A stretch of DNA of 64,000 bases from Octopus bimaculoides (GCF_001194135.2 NC_068987.1:60382919-60446918), one strand, 5' to 3'. Shown: positions 24,421 through 37,087, counted from the stretch's first letter. Notes: generated by a model from the letters alone, not told the origin. A program made the numbers and translations.

Positions 24421-25670
24421 AGATAAAACACAAACCCCTTCAGGTAGATGGCCCTGCTCAGTATGTAGAAAAGGAGTAGGTAGTAACTCTATAAGATGTA
24501 CCCGGTGCAAGCTATGGACACATAAGAGGTGCAGCAACATCAAAGGCAGGTTAACTAGCAAGTTAGTTTTTGTTTGTGGCAGATGTTCAGGTGCAATAAA
24601 GACTGTAAACAAACAGGAAACAACTTCTATCTCATTCCAGGGTGAAAAACTAGAGGTAGTCGATAGCTTCCGCTATCTGGGCGACCAAGTTAGTAGTGGG
24701 GGTGGGTGCGCTGAAAGTGTAGCTGCTAGAATAAGAATAGCCTGGGCAAAGTTTAGAGAGCTCTTACCCNNNNNNNNNNNNNNNNNNNNNNNNNNNNNNN
24801 NNNNNNNNNNNNNNNNNNNNNNNNNNNNNNNNNNNNNNNNNNNNNNNNNNNNNNNNNNNNNNNNNNNNNNNNNNNNNNNNNNNNNNNNNNNNNNNNNNNN
24901 NNNNNNNNNNNNNNNNNNNNNNNNNNNNNNNNNNNNNNNNNNNNNNNNNNNNNNNNNNNNNNNNNNNNNNNNNNNNNNNNNNNNNNNNNNNNNNNNNNNN
25001 NNNNNNNNNNNNNNNNNNNNNNNNNNNNNNNNNNNNNNNNNNNNNNNNNNNNNNNNNNNNNNNNNNNNNNNNNNNNNNNNNNNNNNNNNNNNNNNNNNNN
25101 NNNNNNNNNNNNNNNNNNNNNNNNNNNNNNNNNNNNNNNNNNNNNNNNNNNNNNNNNNNNNNNNNNNNNNNNNNNNNNNNNNNNNNNNNNNNNNNNNNNN
25201 NNNNNNNNNNNNNNNNNNNNNNNNNNNNNNNNNNNNNNNNNNNNNNNNNNNNNNNNNNNNNNNNNNNNNNNNNNNNNNNNNNNNNNNNNNNNNNNNNNNN
25301 NNNNNNNNNNNNNNNNNNNNNNNNNNNNNNNNNNNNNNNNNNNNNNNNNNNNNNNNNNNNNNNNNNNNNNNNNNNNNNNNNNNNNNNNNNNNNNNNNNNN
25401 NNNNNNNNNNNNNNNNNNNNNNNNNNNNNNNCGGGTGGCACATAAAAGACACCATTTTGAGCGTGGCCGTTTTCGTGCGGGTGACACGTAAAAGCACCCA
25501 CTACACTCTCTGAGTGGTTGGCGTTAGGAAGGGCATCCAGCTGTAGAAACTCTGCCAAATTAGATTGGAGCCTGGTGTTGCCATCCGGTTTCACCAGTCC
25601 TCAGTCAAACCGTCCAACCCATGCTAGCATGGAAAGAGGACGTTAAACGATGATGATGATGATGATGATG

Positions 25671-25672
<2 letters not shown>
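24421..25672 (+). mobile_element. RTE LINE young subfamily copy 2, including intact PHD-type finger (24455-24586)
   Basis: Peptide identical to copy 1 where they overlap; 3'UTR and (GAT)n tail after a 662-N gap; (TA)n on both flanks. Confidence 0.93.
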
Positions 25673-25713
<41 letters not shown>

Positions 25714-25955
25714 TGTGTGTATGTATGTTTGTATGTATGTATCTATCTATGTGTGTGTATATGTATGTATGCACATATATCATGGGCTTCTACACAGTTT
25801 CCATGCACTAGATTTCACTCACAAGCTATTGGTCAATGTGAGAATAAAGTAGAATATACTTGGCCAGTGTGCCATACCTTGATTTTGAACTTGGAATCAC
25901 ATGATTGTAAACCTAACTGCTGAACCTCCACCACCATTGCCTCTACCCACTTATA

Positions 25956-26334
25956 TTGTTGGCACTCCGTCGCTTACGACATCGAGGGTCTCAGTTGATC
26001 CAATTAGCGGAACAGCCTGCTCATGAGATTAACGTGCAAGTGGCTGAGCACTCCACAGACACATGTACCCTTAATGTAGTTCTCGGGGATATTCAGCGTG
26101 ACACAGTGTGACAAGGCTGACCCTTTGAATTACAGGCACAACAGAAACAGGAAGTAAGAGTGATAGAAAGTTGTGGTGGAAGAGTACAGCAGGGTTCGCC
26201 ACCATCCCCTGCCGGAGCCTCGTGGAGTTTTAGGTGTTTTCACTCAATAAACACTCACAACGCCCGGTCTGGGAACCGAAACCGCGATCTTATGACCGCG
26301 AGTCCACTGCCCTAACCACTGGGCCATTGCGCCT
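25956..26334 (-). mobile_element. SINE head B + tail y
   Basis: Near-identical to 18931-19306; head abuts an N-gap. Confidence 0.92.
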
Positions 26335-27415
26335 NNNNNNNNNNNNNNNNNNNNNNNNNNNNNNNNNNNNNNNNNNNNNNNNNNNNNNNNNNNNNNNNNN
26401 NNNNNNNNNNNNNNNNNNNNNNNNNNNNNNNNNNNNNNNNNNNNNNNNNNNNNNNNNNNNNNNNNNNNNNNNNNNNNNNNNNNNNNNNNNNNNNNNNNNN
26501 NNNNNNNNNNNNNNNNNNNNNNNNNNNNNNNNNNNNNNNNNNNNNNNNNNNNNNNNNNNNNNNNNNNNNNNNNNNNNNNNNNNNNNNNNNNNNNNNNNNN
26601 NNNNNNNNNNNNNNNNNNNNNNNNNNNNNNNNNNNNNNNNNNNNNNNNNNNNNNNNNNNNNNNNNNNNNNNNNNNNNNNNNNNNNNNNNNNNNNNNNNNN
26701 NNNNNNNNNNNNNNNNNNNNNNNNNNNNNNNNNNNNNNNNNNNNNNNNNNNNNNNNNNNNNNNNNNNNNNNNNNNNNNNNNNNNNNNNNNNNNNNNNNNN
26801 NNNNNNNNNNNNNNNNNNNNNNNNNNNNNNNNNNNNNNNNNNNNNNNNNNNNNNNNNNNNNNNNNNNNNNNNNNNNNNNNNNNNNNNNNNNNNNNNNNNN
26901 NNNNNNNNNNNNNNNNNNNNNNNNNNNNNNNNNNNNNNNNNNNNNNNNNNNNNNNNNNNNNNNNNNNNNNNNNNNNNNNNNNNNNNNNNNNNNNNNNNNN
27001 NNNNNNNNNNNNNNNNNNNNNNNNNNNNNNNNNNNNNNNNNNNNNNNNNNNNNNNNNNNNNNNNNNNNNNNNNNNNNNNNNNNNNNNNNNNNNNNNNNNN
27101 NNNNNNNNNNNNNNNNNNNNNNNNNNNNNNNNNNNNNNNNNNNNNNNNNNNNNNNNNNNNNNNNNNNNNNNNNNNNNNNNNNNNNNNNNNNNNNNNNNNN
27201 NNNNNNNNNNNNNNNNNNNNNNNNNNNNNNNNNNNNNNNNNNNNNNNNNNNNNNNNNNNNNNNNNNNNNNNNNNNNNNNTATATATATAAATACACACAC
27301 ACACCTCTGTATGTATACATGTATGAACGTATGTAGGAATAACTGTAAGTCATGTACATCTCATTGAAGGTATTATGTCCACACAAGCATCATACACACA
27401 CACACAACACACACA

Positions 27416-27452
<37 letters not shown>

Positions 27453-27529
27453 TCACTCATATATATATCTACATGTGTGTATGCATTTATCCATATATTA
27501 GCATTCTTACTCTAAGTACATATATAAAG

Positions 27530-27563
<34 letters not shown>

Positions 27564-27598
27564 TCATATATATATGTATGTATGTATATGTATGTATG

Positions 27599-27640
<42 letters not shown>

Positions 27641-28288
27641 TGATTTAGGGAAAAACGATAGATTCTTCCCTATGAATTTTTTTCACGGTAACTACTTGAT
27701 AAATTCTTATATAAGAGTTTATCCTATTATTGTATATATATATATATCATCATCATCGTCCTCATCATCATCATCCTTTAATATCCATTCCTCCATTATA
27801 TATATATTCTTATCCAAAATTGAGACAAACGCCAACACTTCCTCTTCCATATGGTAAGCCTTATGGTAAGCTTGAACAACTGTGCAGATCTCACCACATG
27901 AAACCATTGGTTGCCTTTTTAACCCACAGATCAAGTATATATATATAAGACAGTGCTCCAGTATGGCTGCAGTCAAATGACTGAATCAAATAAAAGAACA
28001 AAAGAACATATATATATATATATATATAGTAATAAGAACCATAATACTTTGTTGGAATTTATAAACATTTAATGCATCACTACATGCAATTTCACAAATA
28101 ACATGTTTCTTAAGATCACAGTCCATATTCCTGGGAAGATTACAGTGTAGTCCGCAGTATCTGTGGGTGTCGGGTAGATCCTCTTCATGGATTCATTTCT
28201 TCAGGCAATATAACCCTAATGAATGCTTACCAGAGGGATGTTTAGCCCTTTTGACTAGTGCAAAGGAGTTATATGTGTGTGTGTGTGT

Positions 28289-28325
<37 letters not shown>

Positions 28326-28328
<3 letters not shown>

Positions 28329-28533
28329 CACTCCATTGGTTACAATGACAAGAATCCCAGTTGATCCGACCAATGCAATAGCCTGCTGGTGAAGTTAACA
28401 TGCAAGTGGCTGAGCACTCTACAAACACATGTAACTTTTAAAGTAGTTCCCAGAGAGATTCAGTATGACACAGAACGTGACAAGGTTGGTCCTTTTGAAA
28501 TATAGATATTACTCATTTTTGCCAGCTGAGTGA
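28326..28533 (-). mobile_element. SINE core C + tail y fragment
   Basis: TGGCACTCC...GCAAGTGGCTGAGCACTC...CTCATTTTTGCCAGCTGAGTG. Confidence 0.75.
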
Positions 28534-28904
28534 CATGTGTTGATCATTGTTTTATTGTCTCTCCCACTCCTCCATCTGACCACCTGCATCCCATACTTAA
28601 TATATCCACCTCCTCCTACTCTTACAAACTTACTCACCCCTGGTGATTGTCCTACCTCCATGCTCTCTTCTATTCACCTTCTTGAGTCATGTTAGTATAT
28701 TCTGGCACTTTGACACAACCACATTGTGTGGCACTACTCCAGCCTTCTCAATGCATTACATGTAAAATGTGAAGTAGCCATGAATCTCCTCCACAACAAA
28801 CCTGGCTCCACTCTTTCAATCACAAATTAACCTCCCCACACTTTTCATAAAGCAACCACTTTATCTCCTCTACTCCTTCTCAGGCAATCTCAGGAAATTA
28901 CTGG

Positions 28905-29070
28905 GTAATCTCACATAAAAGGTTCCCAGTACATTCTCTGTGAAGTGGTTGGCATTGGGAAGTGCATCCAGCCATAAGAACCATGCCAAAATTAAAACAC
29001 TAGAGCAAAACGTAGTCTTCCAACCAAATGGATTCTGTCTAACCATCCAACACAAGCCAGCATAGATGGT
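28905..29070 (+). mobile_element. RTE 3'UTR fragment, degenerate
   Basis: GTGGTTGGCATTGGGAAGTGCATCCAGCCATAAGAACCATGCC. Confidence 0.65.
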
Positions 29071-29313
29071 TAACACAACGTTTTGGCTGATGTACTCTCC
29101 AGCCTTCATTAGGTGTCCTGGGGGAATTTCAAACCTGGGTTCTTATTCCTAAGATATTTTTCCAATGTTATTATTATTATCATCATCATCATCATCATTA
29201 TCATCATTATTAATATTATTAATATTATTATTATTATTCATGTTACTGCCTGAAATCGAACTCTGAATCTTGGGGTTAGTAGCCTGCACTCTTAACCACT
29301 ACACCATATGCCC
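29071..29313 (-). mobile_element. SINE G: tRNA head + (AAT)n + hammerhead-like tail
   Basis: Head GGGCATATGGTGTAGTGGTTAAGAG...GAGTTCGATTTCAGGC (A/B boxes); tail fold GACAC-CTAATGA-AGGCTG(loop)CAGCC-AAAA-CGTT-GTGTT at 29072-29117. Confidence 0.7.
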
Positions 29314-29317
29314 ATAA

Positions 29318-29343
29318 GCAGTGACCTGAATAATAATAATAAC

Positions 29344-29380
<37 letters not shown>

Positions 29381-29528
29381 TTGGAAAAATACCTTAGGAA
29401 TGAGAATCCAGGTTCAAAATTTCTCCAGGACACCCAATGAAGGCTGGAGGGTACATCAGCCAAAAGGTTGTGTTAACATCAAACAAGATGAAGACAAATA
29501 TCCGTCAAATGTAAATAATGTAAATAAA
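29318..29528 (+). mobile_element. SINE G inverted partner lacking most of the tRNA head
   Basis: GCAGTGACCTG-(AAT)n-CATTGGAAAAATACCTTAGG...GACAC-CCAATGA-AGGCTG...CAGCC-AAAA-GGTT-GTGTT; roughly 90% identical to the minus arm by eye. Confidence 0.7.
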
Positions 29529-29540
29529 GAAATATTCGTT

Positions 29541-29655
29541 TCACATTTTGGCACAAGGCCAGCAATTTCGGGGGAAGGGTCTAAATCGATGAGATTGACC
29601 CTAGTGCTCAACTGGTACTTGGTTTATCCACCCCAAAGGATGAAAGGTAAGGACA
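29541..29655 (-). mobile_element. SINE E fragment (tail E1)
   Basis: GGCACAAGGCCAGCAATTTCGGGGG...AACTGGTAC...CCCCAAAGGATGAAAGG. Confidence 0.65.
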
Positions 29656-30499
29656 TTCTGACATGCTGCTAAGCATTTTGGCCGATGTGCTAACAACTCT
29701 GGCAGCTTGCCATCTTAAACTGGACAAAGAAATATTAATGTCAGGAAAGTGGTAGAATGGCTTCATCTGGATTTGCATGACTCTGGAATTTCTTTCGTTT
29801 GGTCCAATCATAATAATTTGGGTGTTAGGTATGCTTGTTGTAGCAAGTGTATTGGAGATGTTGATAGAAGGAAATGTGATTATAACAACAGTGGCTACAC
29901 TGGTGGTGGTGGTCGTGGTGGTGGTGGCGGCGACGGCAGAGGTGGTGGAAAGGATGGTGATGTTTACAATGAAGAAATCAGTAGTGATGTCTTTGATAGT
30001 ATAAATGATGATGATGATCATCCTCATCATCATGAGGAGAAGGAGGAGGAGGGGAGGCAGGAGAAGGGGAAGAGAAGAAAAGGGGCAGAGAGGAGGAGGG
30101 ATTTAGGAGGATGGCAAGATGGGGAACAGGGTATGAGAGGGGGGGGATAAGGAGTGAAGAGAGGAAGGAGGATGGGGGAAGGGTGGTGGTGGTGGTGGTG
30201 GTGGTGGTTGCATGGGTCAAGGTGATAATGATGGTGAAGGGGAGGAAAGAAGAGGGAAGGATGGTAGTCGCGTGACCTGCTAGAAATAGCAGTCAGTTCT
30301 CTGGCAAAAATCACATCCACGGGATGAGGATATTGCTAATGATGCTACTGCTGATAACAGTGATAGATTTGTGGTGATGATGATGTTGTTTATGCAGTAA
30401 CAGCCAAAAATTAGACAGATTTAAAGTTAATAACACCAATAAGTTCCCAGTTCATCTCCTCCACCTCCCTCTCCATTGGCCATATTAAAATGAAAATAG

Positions 30500-30700
30500 A
30501 TGACCATCTAGCTGCATATCAGGTGTGCAAGTGAGTTACTGCTGTTGTTACCTGCTGACAGATTGGTGCTGCCAGTTGGCTGAGGGATGGGCGACTGGTG
30601 GAAAACAGCAGTTTTGATATAAGCAAACTGTTTACCTTGTATATTTGGTAGTACCAGCTGCTGGCATTGAGAGAGAGATAGGGAAAGAGAGAGAGAGATA

Positions 30701-30775
<75 letters not shown>

Positions 30776-30916
30776 GGAGAGAGTGAGATGCAAAGGGAGT
30801 GTATAAAGTGATTAACTGAGAACAGAAGTAGACTGCAAAAAAACTGCCCAGGAACCAAAAGCATTTTGTGTGTAAATTTACTTGAAGAAAATGTGGAAGA
30901 TTTTTTTCAGGTAAGT
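30500..30916 (+). promoter_or_regulatory. Candidate RNA polymerase II promoter and first exon
   Basis: E-boxes at 30520, 30528, 30573, 30655; inverted CCAAT at 30561; forkhead TGTTTAC at 30629; (GA)n 30668-30782; TATAAA 30802-30807; AAAATG at 30891; CAG|GTAAGT donor at 30911. Confidence 0.4.
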
Positions 30917-31559
30917 GATTGTAAGACAGTGATTATTATTCTATGAATGTATCTTAGAAAGAAATGTAATAGCCGTTAGTTATTGCATCTTCTTCTTTAC
31001 TTCCTATGAAACCAGTGTCATGATGATGATAGTGTTGGTGATGGTGATGATGATGGTGTTGGTGAAAGTGATTTGATTTGTTTGTGAAAGTATAATTAAA
31101 GGTTTGTTTCCCCAACAACTACCTTTTTAGTGTTATTTCCACTTGTTGAGGCCAATTTACCACCAACAAGCTTTATCCACAGCAGGAATTGAACACAGTT
31201 CTCTAAATTAAACAAAACTGAACATCTGTCAATTCTGCTTACAACAACAACTTCTTTCTACTCTATGGAATCCATTTACCATTTGATGAACTGAGCTGCT
31301 TATCAATTGAGTGTGTTGGTCATGGACACATTGTAGTGATAACAACATATATACAAACCACCAATTCCTCAATAACTTAGCTCAATCTTCTCCATTCTCA
31401 GATAAATTGACCAAAGTATGAAGCTAATGTGAGTCTCTGATTGATTGAAATTGTTACTGCTAGTAAGATGACATTCTCCATTTTCTCTTTCTTTTCCGTT
31501 TTTCTTTTGTATTCATTTCTCTTTGAAAAAAATAGTACCTATAGTCTTTTCCTTGTAGA

Positions 31560-31845
31560 ACTTAACCTACTTTAACTTATCAGTTTAAATACAGTGATTG
31601 AAAGTTGAAATATATTTACATTGTTCTTTTTTTACTGTATTTCTGTTACACTACAACCAATGTTTCACTTAGTTTTGAAAATAATGAAGAATTTCTGAAG
31701 TGACTGTCATTTTACTAGTCTTTAGAACATAGATTTGTTTGAAATTTTGATGGAAGATTTTAATGTAGAACATTTTTCAAAATAGAAAGCTTTTATGATA
31801 GAAGAAAGGGTAATCTTAGATAGGCTCGTATCAAAAGTGCTAGGC
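31560..31845. mobile_element. Degenerate relative of the piggyBac-type MITE at 52651
   Basis: Shares GAAGAATTT...TTTGATGGAAGATTTTAA and a GTATCAAAAG terminus-like motif. Confidence 0.45.
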
Positions 31846-31877
31846 TTTGTCCACTTTATATATACACAGGTATGAAG

Positions 31878-31935
<58 letters not shown>

Positions 31936-31974
31936 CCTATCTGGTGATCTAGCTATCTTGTTATATATATATAT

Positions 31975-32373
31975 AGGAGTGGCTGTGTGGTAAGTAGCTT
32001 GCTTACCAACCACATGGTTCCGGGTTCAGTCCCACTGCGTGGCACTTTGGGTAAGTGTCTTCTGCTATAGCCTCAGGCTGACCAAAGCCTTGTGAGTGGA
32101 TTTGGTAGACGGAAACTGAAAGAAGCCTGTCGTATATATGTATATATATATATATGTATGTGTGTGTATGTTTGTGTGTCTGTGTTTGTCTCCCCAACAT
32201 CGCTTGACAACCGATGCTGGTGTGTTTACGTCCCCGTAACTTAGCAGTTTGGCTAAAGAGACCGATAGAATAAGTACTAGGCTTCCAAAGAATAAGTCCT
32301 CGGGTCGATTAGCTCGACTAAAAGGCGGTGCTCCAGCATGGCCACAGTCAAATGACTGAAACAAGTAAAAGAG
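31975..32373 (+). mobile_element. SINE A, full length, between (TA)n
   Basis: Complete copy; TATATA on both sides. Confidence 0.92.
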
Positions 32374-32989
32374 AAATATATATATATATATTTCGTTTTG
32401 GGATTTGGTTTGCAAGATTCTTTATGTGAGTTCGTGTGTTGAAGCATATTCTCTTGTGTCTGGGGAGATTCATTTTCTTTTTGTGCCTTATAATTTAATA
32501 CACTCACCGGTAAAATTTCCACTTATTCCTTATTTTTATTTTCCTAAAATTTTCGTTGCGTCTTTCAACCTTTTCGATAGTCTTGACTCCCCAACAGTAG
32601 TATATATATATGTGTGTGTGTATACATATATGTATATGTATGTATACATATTTGTATATATATATGTATAATTATATGCATATATATATATAAACACATA
32701 CATGCTATATGCATCATACATGCATACTTACAGACAGACAAACAGACAAACAGAAGTATATACATACCATCATAGTTACATGCATATCAACGTAAAAAAT
32801 ATTACATCAACTGGAGAGTATACTAATCCATTATATAAAAAAATAAAAAAACACTGTTGAAATGTTCCTATTAAAATATCTATAAAATGTAACCCAACAG
32901 ACATCATGAGCTGAGACAAGAAACAAAAGTGAACACAGAAATTAGTTCTACAGTGGAAGAGAAGAAATTTACATTAAAAATAATGAGAT

Positions 32990-33200
32990 GGGAAACATCT
33001 TTTCCAAATTAAGGAGGAATCAGCAGATTTATCTGGACTAGGATAATATAATCATTAGTGTCTTGGGATATGTAAATAATTGCCTAATCATTAATCTTGA
33101 AAAGCTAGGTTTCACAAGACCAGAAAGAACATGGCTAATAAGATAAGTATAGCTATGGAAGCATAAAAGAATGTGAAACATTTCAGAAATCTAGATTGTA
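32990..33200 (+). pseudogene. R4/Dong-like LINE C-terminal relic
   Basis: IIISVLGYVNNCL..NLEKLGFTRPERTWLIR parallels PIIIGALGFVSKCLKENLDKLGFS at 39.8 kb. Confidence 0.55.
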
Positions 33201-33554
33201 ATATAACCATCTACATTTATATAGAAAAAGGAATTTATGTATATGTACACATATGTAAGGTAGGACATTGTTTTATGCATGCAATGACATCCATCCATCA
33301 ATACATACATACAAGCATATATATATATATATACAAAGATACATATATATATATACGTGCATATATACATGAATTTATACATACATACATATATACACAC
33401 ATACATACATACATACATACATACATACATACTTATATACTTGCATATATACATACATATACAGACATGCAAACATACATATATACATATATATCCATAT
33501 AATGCAGTCACTCATGCATACGTACATACATACTAATCTGGAGCAAAGTATGGT

Positions 33555-33670
33555 TGAACTTGGGGTCATGGGGAGAGAATGCAAATAATCCTTAATTCAT
33601 ATGTTACAAATGATCGCAATATCTGGGACTACAAAAATCTGTGAAACCTTTTTAAGATTTAAAGGTTTAT
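33555..33670 (+). pseudogene. R4/Dong-like LINE extreme C-terminal relic
   Basis: LIHMLQMIAISGTTKICETFLRFK parallels LQIQAITGTVKICKTFQKF at 34.65 kb. Confidence 0.55.
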
Positions 33671-33757
33671 GGTCAAAACAGGATACTTTCTTTCATAACC
33701 TTGCTACATCATAAGTGTATTGTCAAAATTTACTCTGAAACTAAAAAGAGAAAGAGA

Positions 33758-33917
33758 ATAGTTGGCTGTGTGGTAAGTAGCTTGCTTACAAACCACATGG
33801 TTCCGGGTTCAATCCCACTGTGTGGCACCTTGGGCAAGTGTCTTCTACTATAGCCTCGAGCCGACCAAAGCCTTGTGAGTGGATTTGGTAGACAGAAACT
33901 GAAAGAAGCCCGTCGTA

Positions 33918-34002
<85 letters not shown>

Positions 34003-34225
34003 GCGTGTGTATATGTTTGTGTGTCTGTGTTTGTCCCCTAAACATCGCTTGACAACCGATGCTGGCATGTTTGCGTCCCCGTAACTTAGTGGTTCAGCAA
34101 AAGAGACCGATAGAATAAGTACTAGGCTTACAAAGAATAAGTCCTGGGGTCGATTTGTTCGACTAAAGGCGGTGCTCCAGCATGGCCACAGTCAAATGAC
34201 TGGAACAAGTAAAAAGTGTAAAGAG
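33758..34225 (+). mobile_element. SINE A, full length, long internal (TA)n
   Basis: Complete copy. Confidence 0.92.
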
Positions 34226-34297
34226 TATACATACATACATACATACATTTATACATACATATATACAAACATACATACATATTTATGTATGTATGTA

Positions 34298-34795
34298 CCT
34301 GTCGAAAGGATAACCCCGAGGACAAAGAAATAAGAACCCACAGTATGGAGGAGGCCATAGCCACTCATAATAAAAAGGAGTACTGGTGGAATGTCCCAGT
34401 GAAAACCTCAATAAAATGTAAGCACAACAGAGCTGATATAATGATCTGGGACAGAGAAGAGAAACTGTACAGTTGTGGAAATCAGCTGCCCTGCAGATGT
34501 TAACATAAAGCTGAAAATCAGGGAAAAAGAGAATACCCATGCTGTTACTCTATCCAGATTACAAATTCAGGTTTATACGTGTAAATTTTGGAGCACTGCA
34601 AAACTAGAAAGGAGAAAGCTGATTCTAAGACTGCAGATCCAAGCCATCACTGGAACTGTAAAAATCTGTAAAACTTTCCAGAAGTTTACCATTTAAGTAT
34701 ATATGAGCATGTCTACATATGCAAGTATATGCATGAGAAGACATACATACAACAAAACATAGAAACATACATACATACATGCATACATACATACA
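34298..34795 (+). pseudogene. R4/Dong-like non-LTR retrotransposon, restriction-like endonuclease fragment with 3'UTR start
   Basis: KEYWWNVPVKTSIKCKHNRADIMIWDREEK / EISCPADVNIKLKIREKEN (PD..E-type RLE motifs, frameshifted), ending GTVKICKTFQKF. Confidence 0.8.
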
Positions 34796-35121
34796 AGCAT
34801 GGTGTGAGTGAATGGGCCTGCCCTGAGCATATGCCTGTCAATCGGAGATAAGGAACTGAAAAAATGCTCCTACCCAAGAAGTCAGAGTATCCGTTGTTTT
34901 ATGGAGTTTTTCCATGAGCAGCCCTTGAGCATCTCTTCCCTTTTGAGAGTTATACTTTGTTAGAATTCTTTTTCTTTTTCTCCTTGTTTAGATACAAAAC
35001 CTTCACAATAATCATATGCACACTACACACACACGCATTCAGAATATTGTCCTGTGCCATCCTTAATGTTTTTCTTGATGTAAATTCTTTGTGGTCAATA
35101 AAGAAATTATCATCATCATCA

Positions 35122-35176
<55 letters not shown>

Positions 35177-35203
35177 AACTGCATATTTATTACATATACT
35201 TCT

Positions 35204-35253
<50 letters not shown>

Positions 35254-36295
35254 TATATACACACACAAATAAGTAAAAGTGTAAAAAAAAGAGTACATAC
35301 ACACATTTGCTCTCTTTAAGATAGTATGTTCACACTAACATCTGTGCATATGTGTCTGTGTATATGTATATAGACATACACACACATATATATATTATAC
35401 ATATAAACATACACATAATATACTTGCATGCATATACATACAATAAAATTAATATGCACATTCAGTATCCCCTGAAACTGCCACATAAATATCCGTTATA
35501 AATGGCCATTATATATTTTTTACGCAGTGTAGGATTTATCAAATGTAATGCACTGCATATAAAATAGTCAAATCCCTTACTTTTAAAATATTTTAGCTTT
35601 CTTAGGTTTGGGAAAGCAAACAAGAAATATGATATTTTCTTTTGCCAATCCATATATCTACATTTGTTATATTATGTAATATATTCATATACCTCATGAT
35701 TTTTGATGCGATGGGAGGCCACAAATGGAAGTATTGGTAATATGTTAGAGTCTGAACTAAAGTGTGAGTGGTTTGCTTTGGTTTGTTTTCTATCACAAAG
35801 TAATTCGATTCTCTCCAGCTCAGCACACTTAGTCTAAAACATAAATCACAGATCATATTTACGTTTATACTTCATGCTTTGTTAGCAGCAAGAATAGCTG
35901 AGTTTTGAAATGTACCTCATGATCATCTTCTTTATAATCCTTCAGTTTTAGTATATATGTTGCCAAAGCAACTACATAACTGGCCTCTGATCATCAGAGC
36001 TGGCTGGTCTCATAACTCCACCACTCAGGCAATCCTGACCCATCCATCTCTCACCCAGCTCTCATCACCCTTGTTGTATCCAGCCCAGTTTTCCCTGTAT
36101 TAACCATTTTGTCCAATCCTTCATCCCTGAAAGATTGTCCCTCAGGAATCTCCACCTAGCTCGTGTCATTTTTGTAGGTGTTGACCTATGATAATTTCAA
36201 TGGAACATTAACAGTATCACTCTTCCTAATATCAAAGAACCTGCAAGGGCCATGGTTTTGCATCTTCCTCCAGATTCTGTTTATTCTTTTATTCG

Positions 36296-37072
36296 TTTAT
36301 TCTTTTACTTGTTTCAATCATTTGACTGTGGCCATGCTGGAACACCACCTCGAAGAGTTTTAGTCGAACAAATCAACCCCAGGACTTATTTTTCTTTTTG
36401 TAAGCCTTGTACTTATCCTCTCAGTCTCTTTTGCTGAACTGCTAAGTTATGGGGATGTAAACACACCAACNNNNNNNNNNNNNNNNNNNNNNNNNNNNNN
36501 NNNNNNNNNNNNNNNNNNNNNNNNNNNNNNNNNNNNNNNNNNNNNNNNNNNNNNNNNNNNNNNNNNNNNNNNNNNNNNNNNNNNNNNNNNNNNNNNNNNN
36601 NNNNNNNNNNNNNNNNNNNNNNNNNNNNNNNNNNNNNNNNNNNNNNNNNNNNNNNNNNNNNNNNNNNNNNNNNNNNNNNNNNNNNNNNNNNNNNNNNNNN
36701 NNNNNNNNNNNNNNNNNNNNNNNNNNNNNNNNNNNNNNNNNNNNNNNNNNNNNNNNNNNNNNNNNNNNNNNNNNNNNNNNNNNNNNNNNNNNNNNNNNNN
36801 NNNNNNNNNNNNNNNNNNNNNNNNNNNNNNNNNNNNNNNATTTATATTTATATATATATATTTATATTTATATTTATATTTATATTTATATATACATATG
36901 ACAGGCTTCTTTTAGTTTCTGTCTATCAAATCCACTCACAAGGCTTTGGTTGGCCTGGGGCTATAGTAGAAGCCACTTGCCAAAGATGCTACACAGTGGT
37001 ACTGAACCCAAAACCTTGTGGTTGAGAAACAAGCTCCTTACTACACAGCCTTGCCTACACCTATAACCACTC
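36296..37072 (-). mobile_element. SINE A spanning an N-gap
   Basis: Tail at 36296-36470 and head at 36897-37072 in consistent orientation. Confidence 0.8.
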
Positions 37073-37087
37073 CTAATGCACCTCAGG

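Noticed and set aside
31400-31430. Exon-like segment with good acceptor and GTGAGT donor
   Set aside because: Stops in all three frames; could only be non-coding, with no further support.
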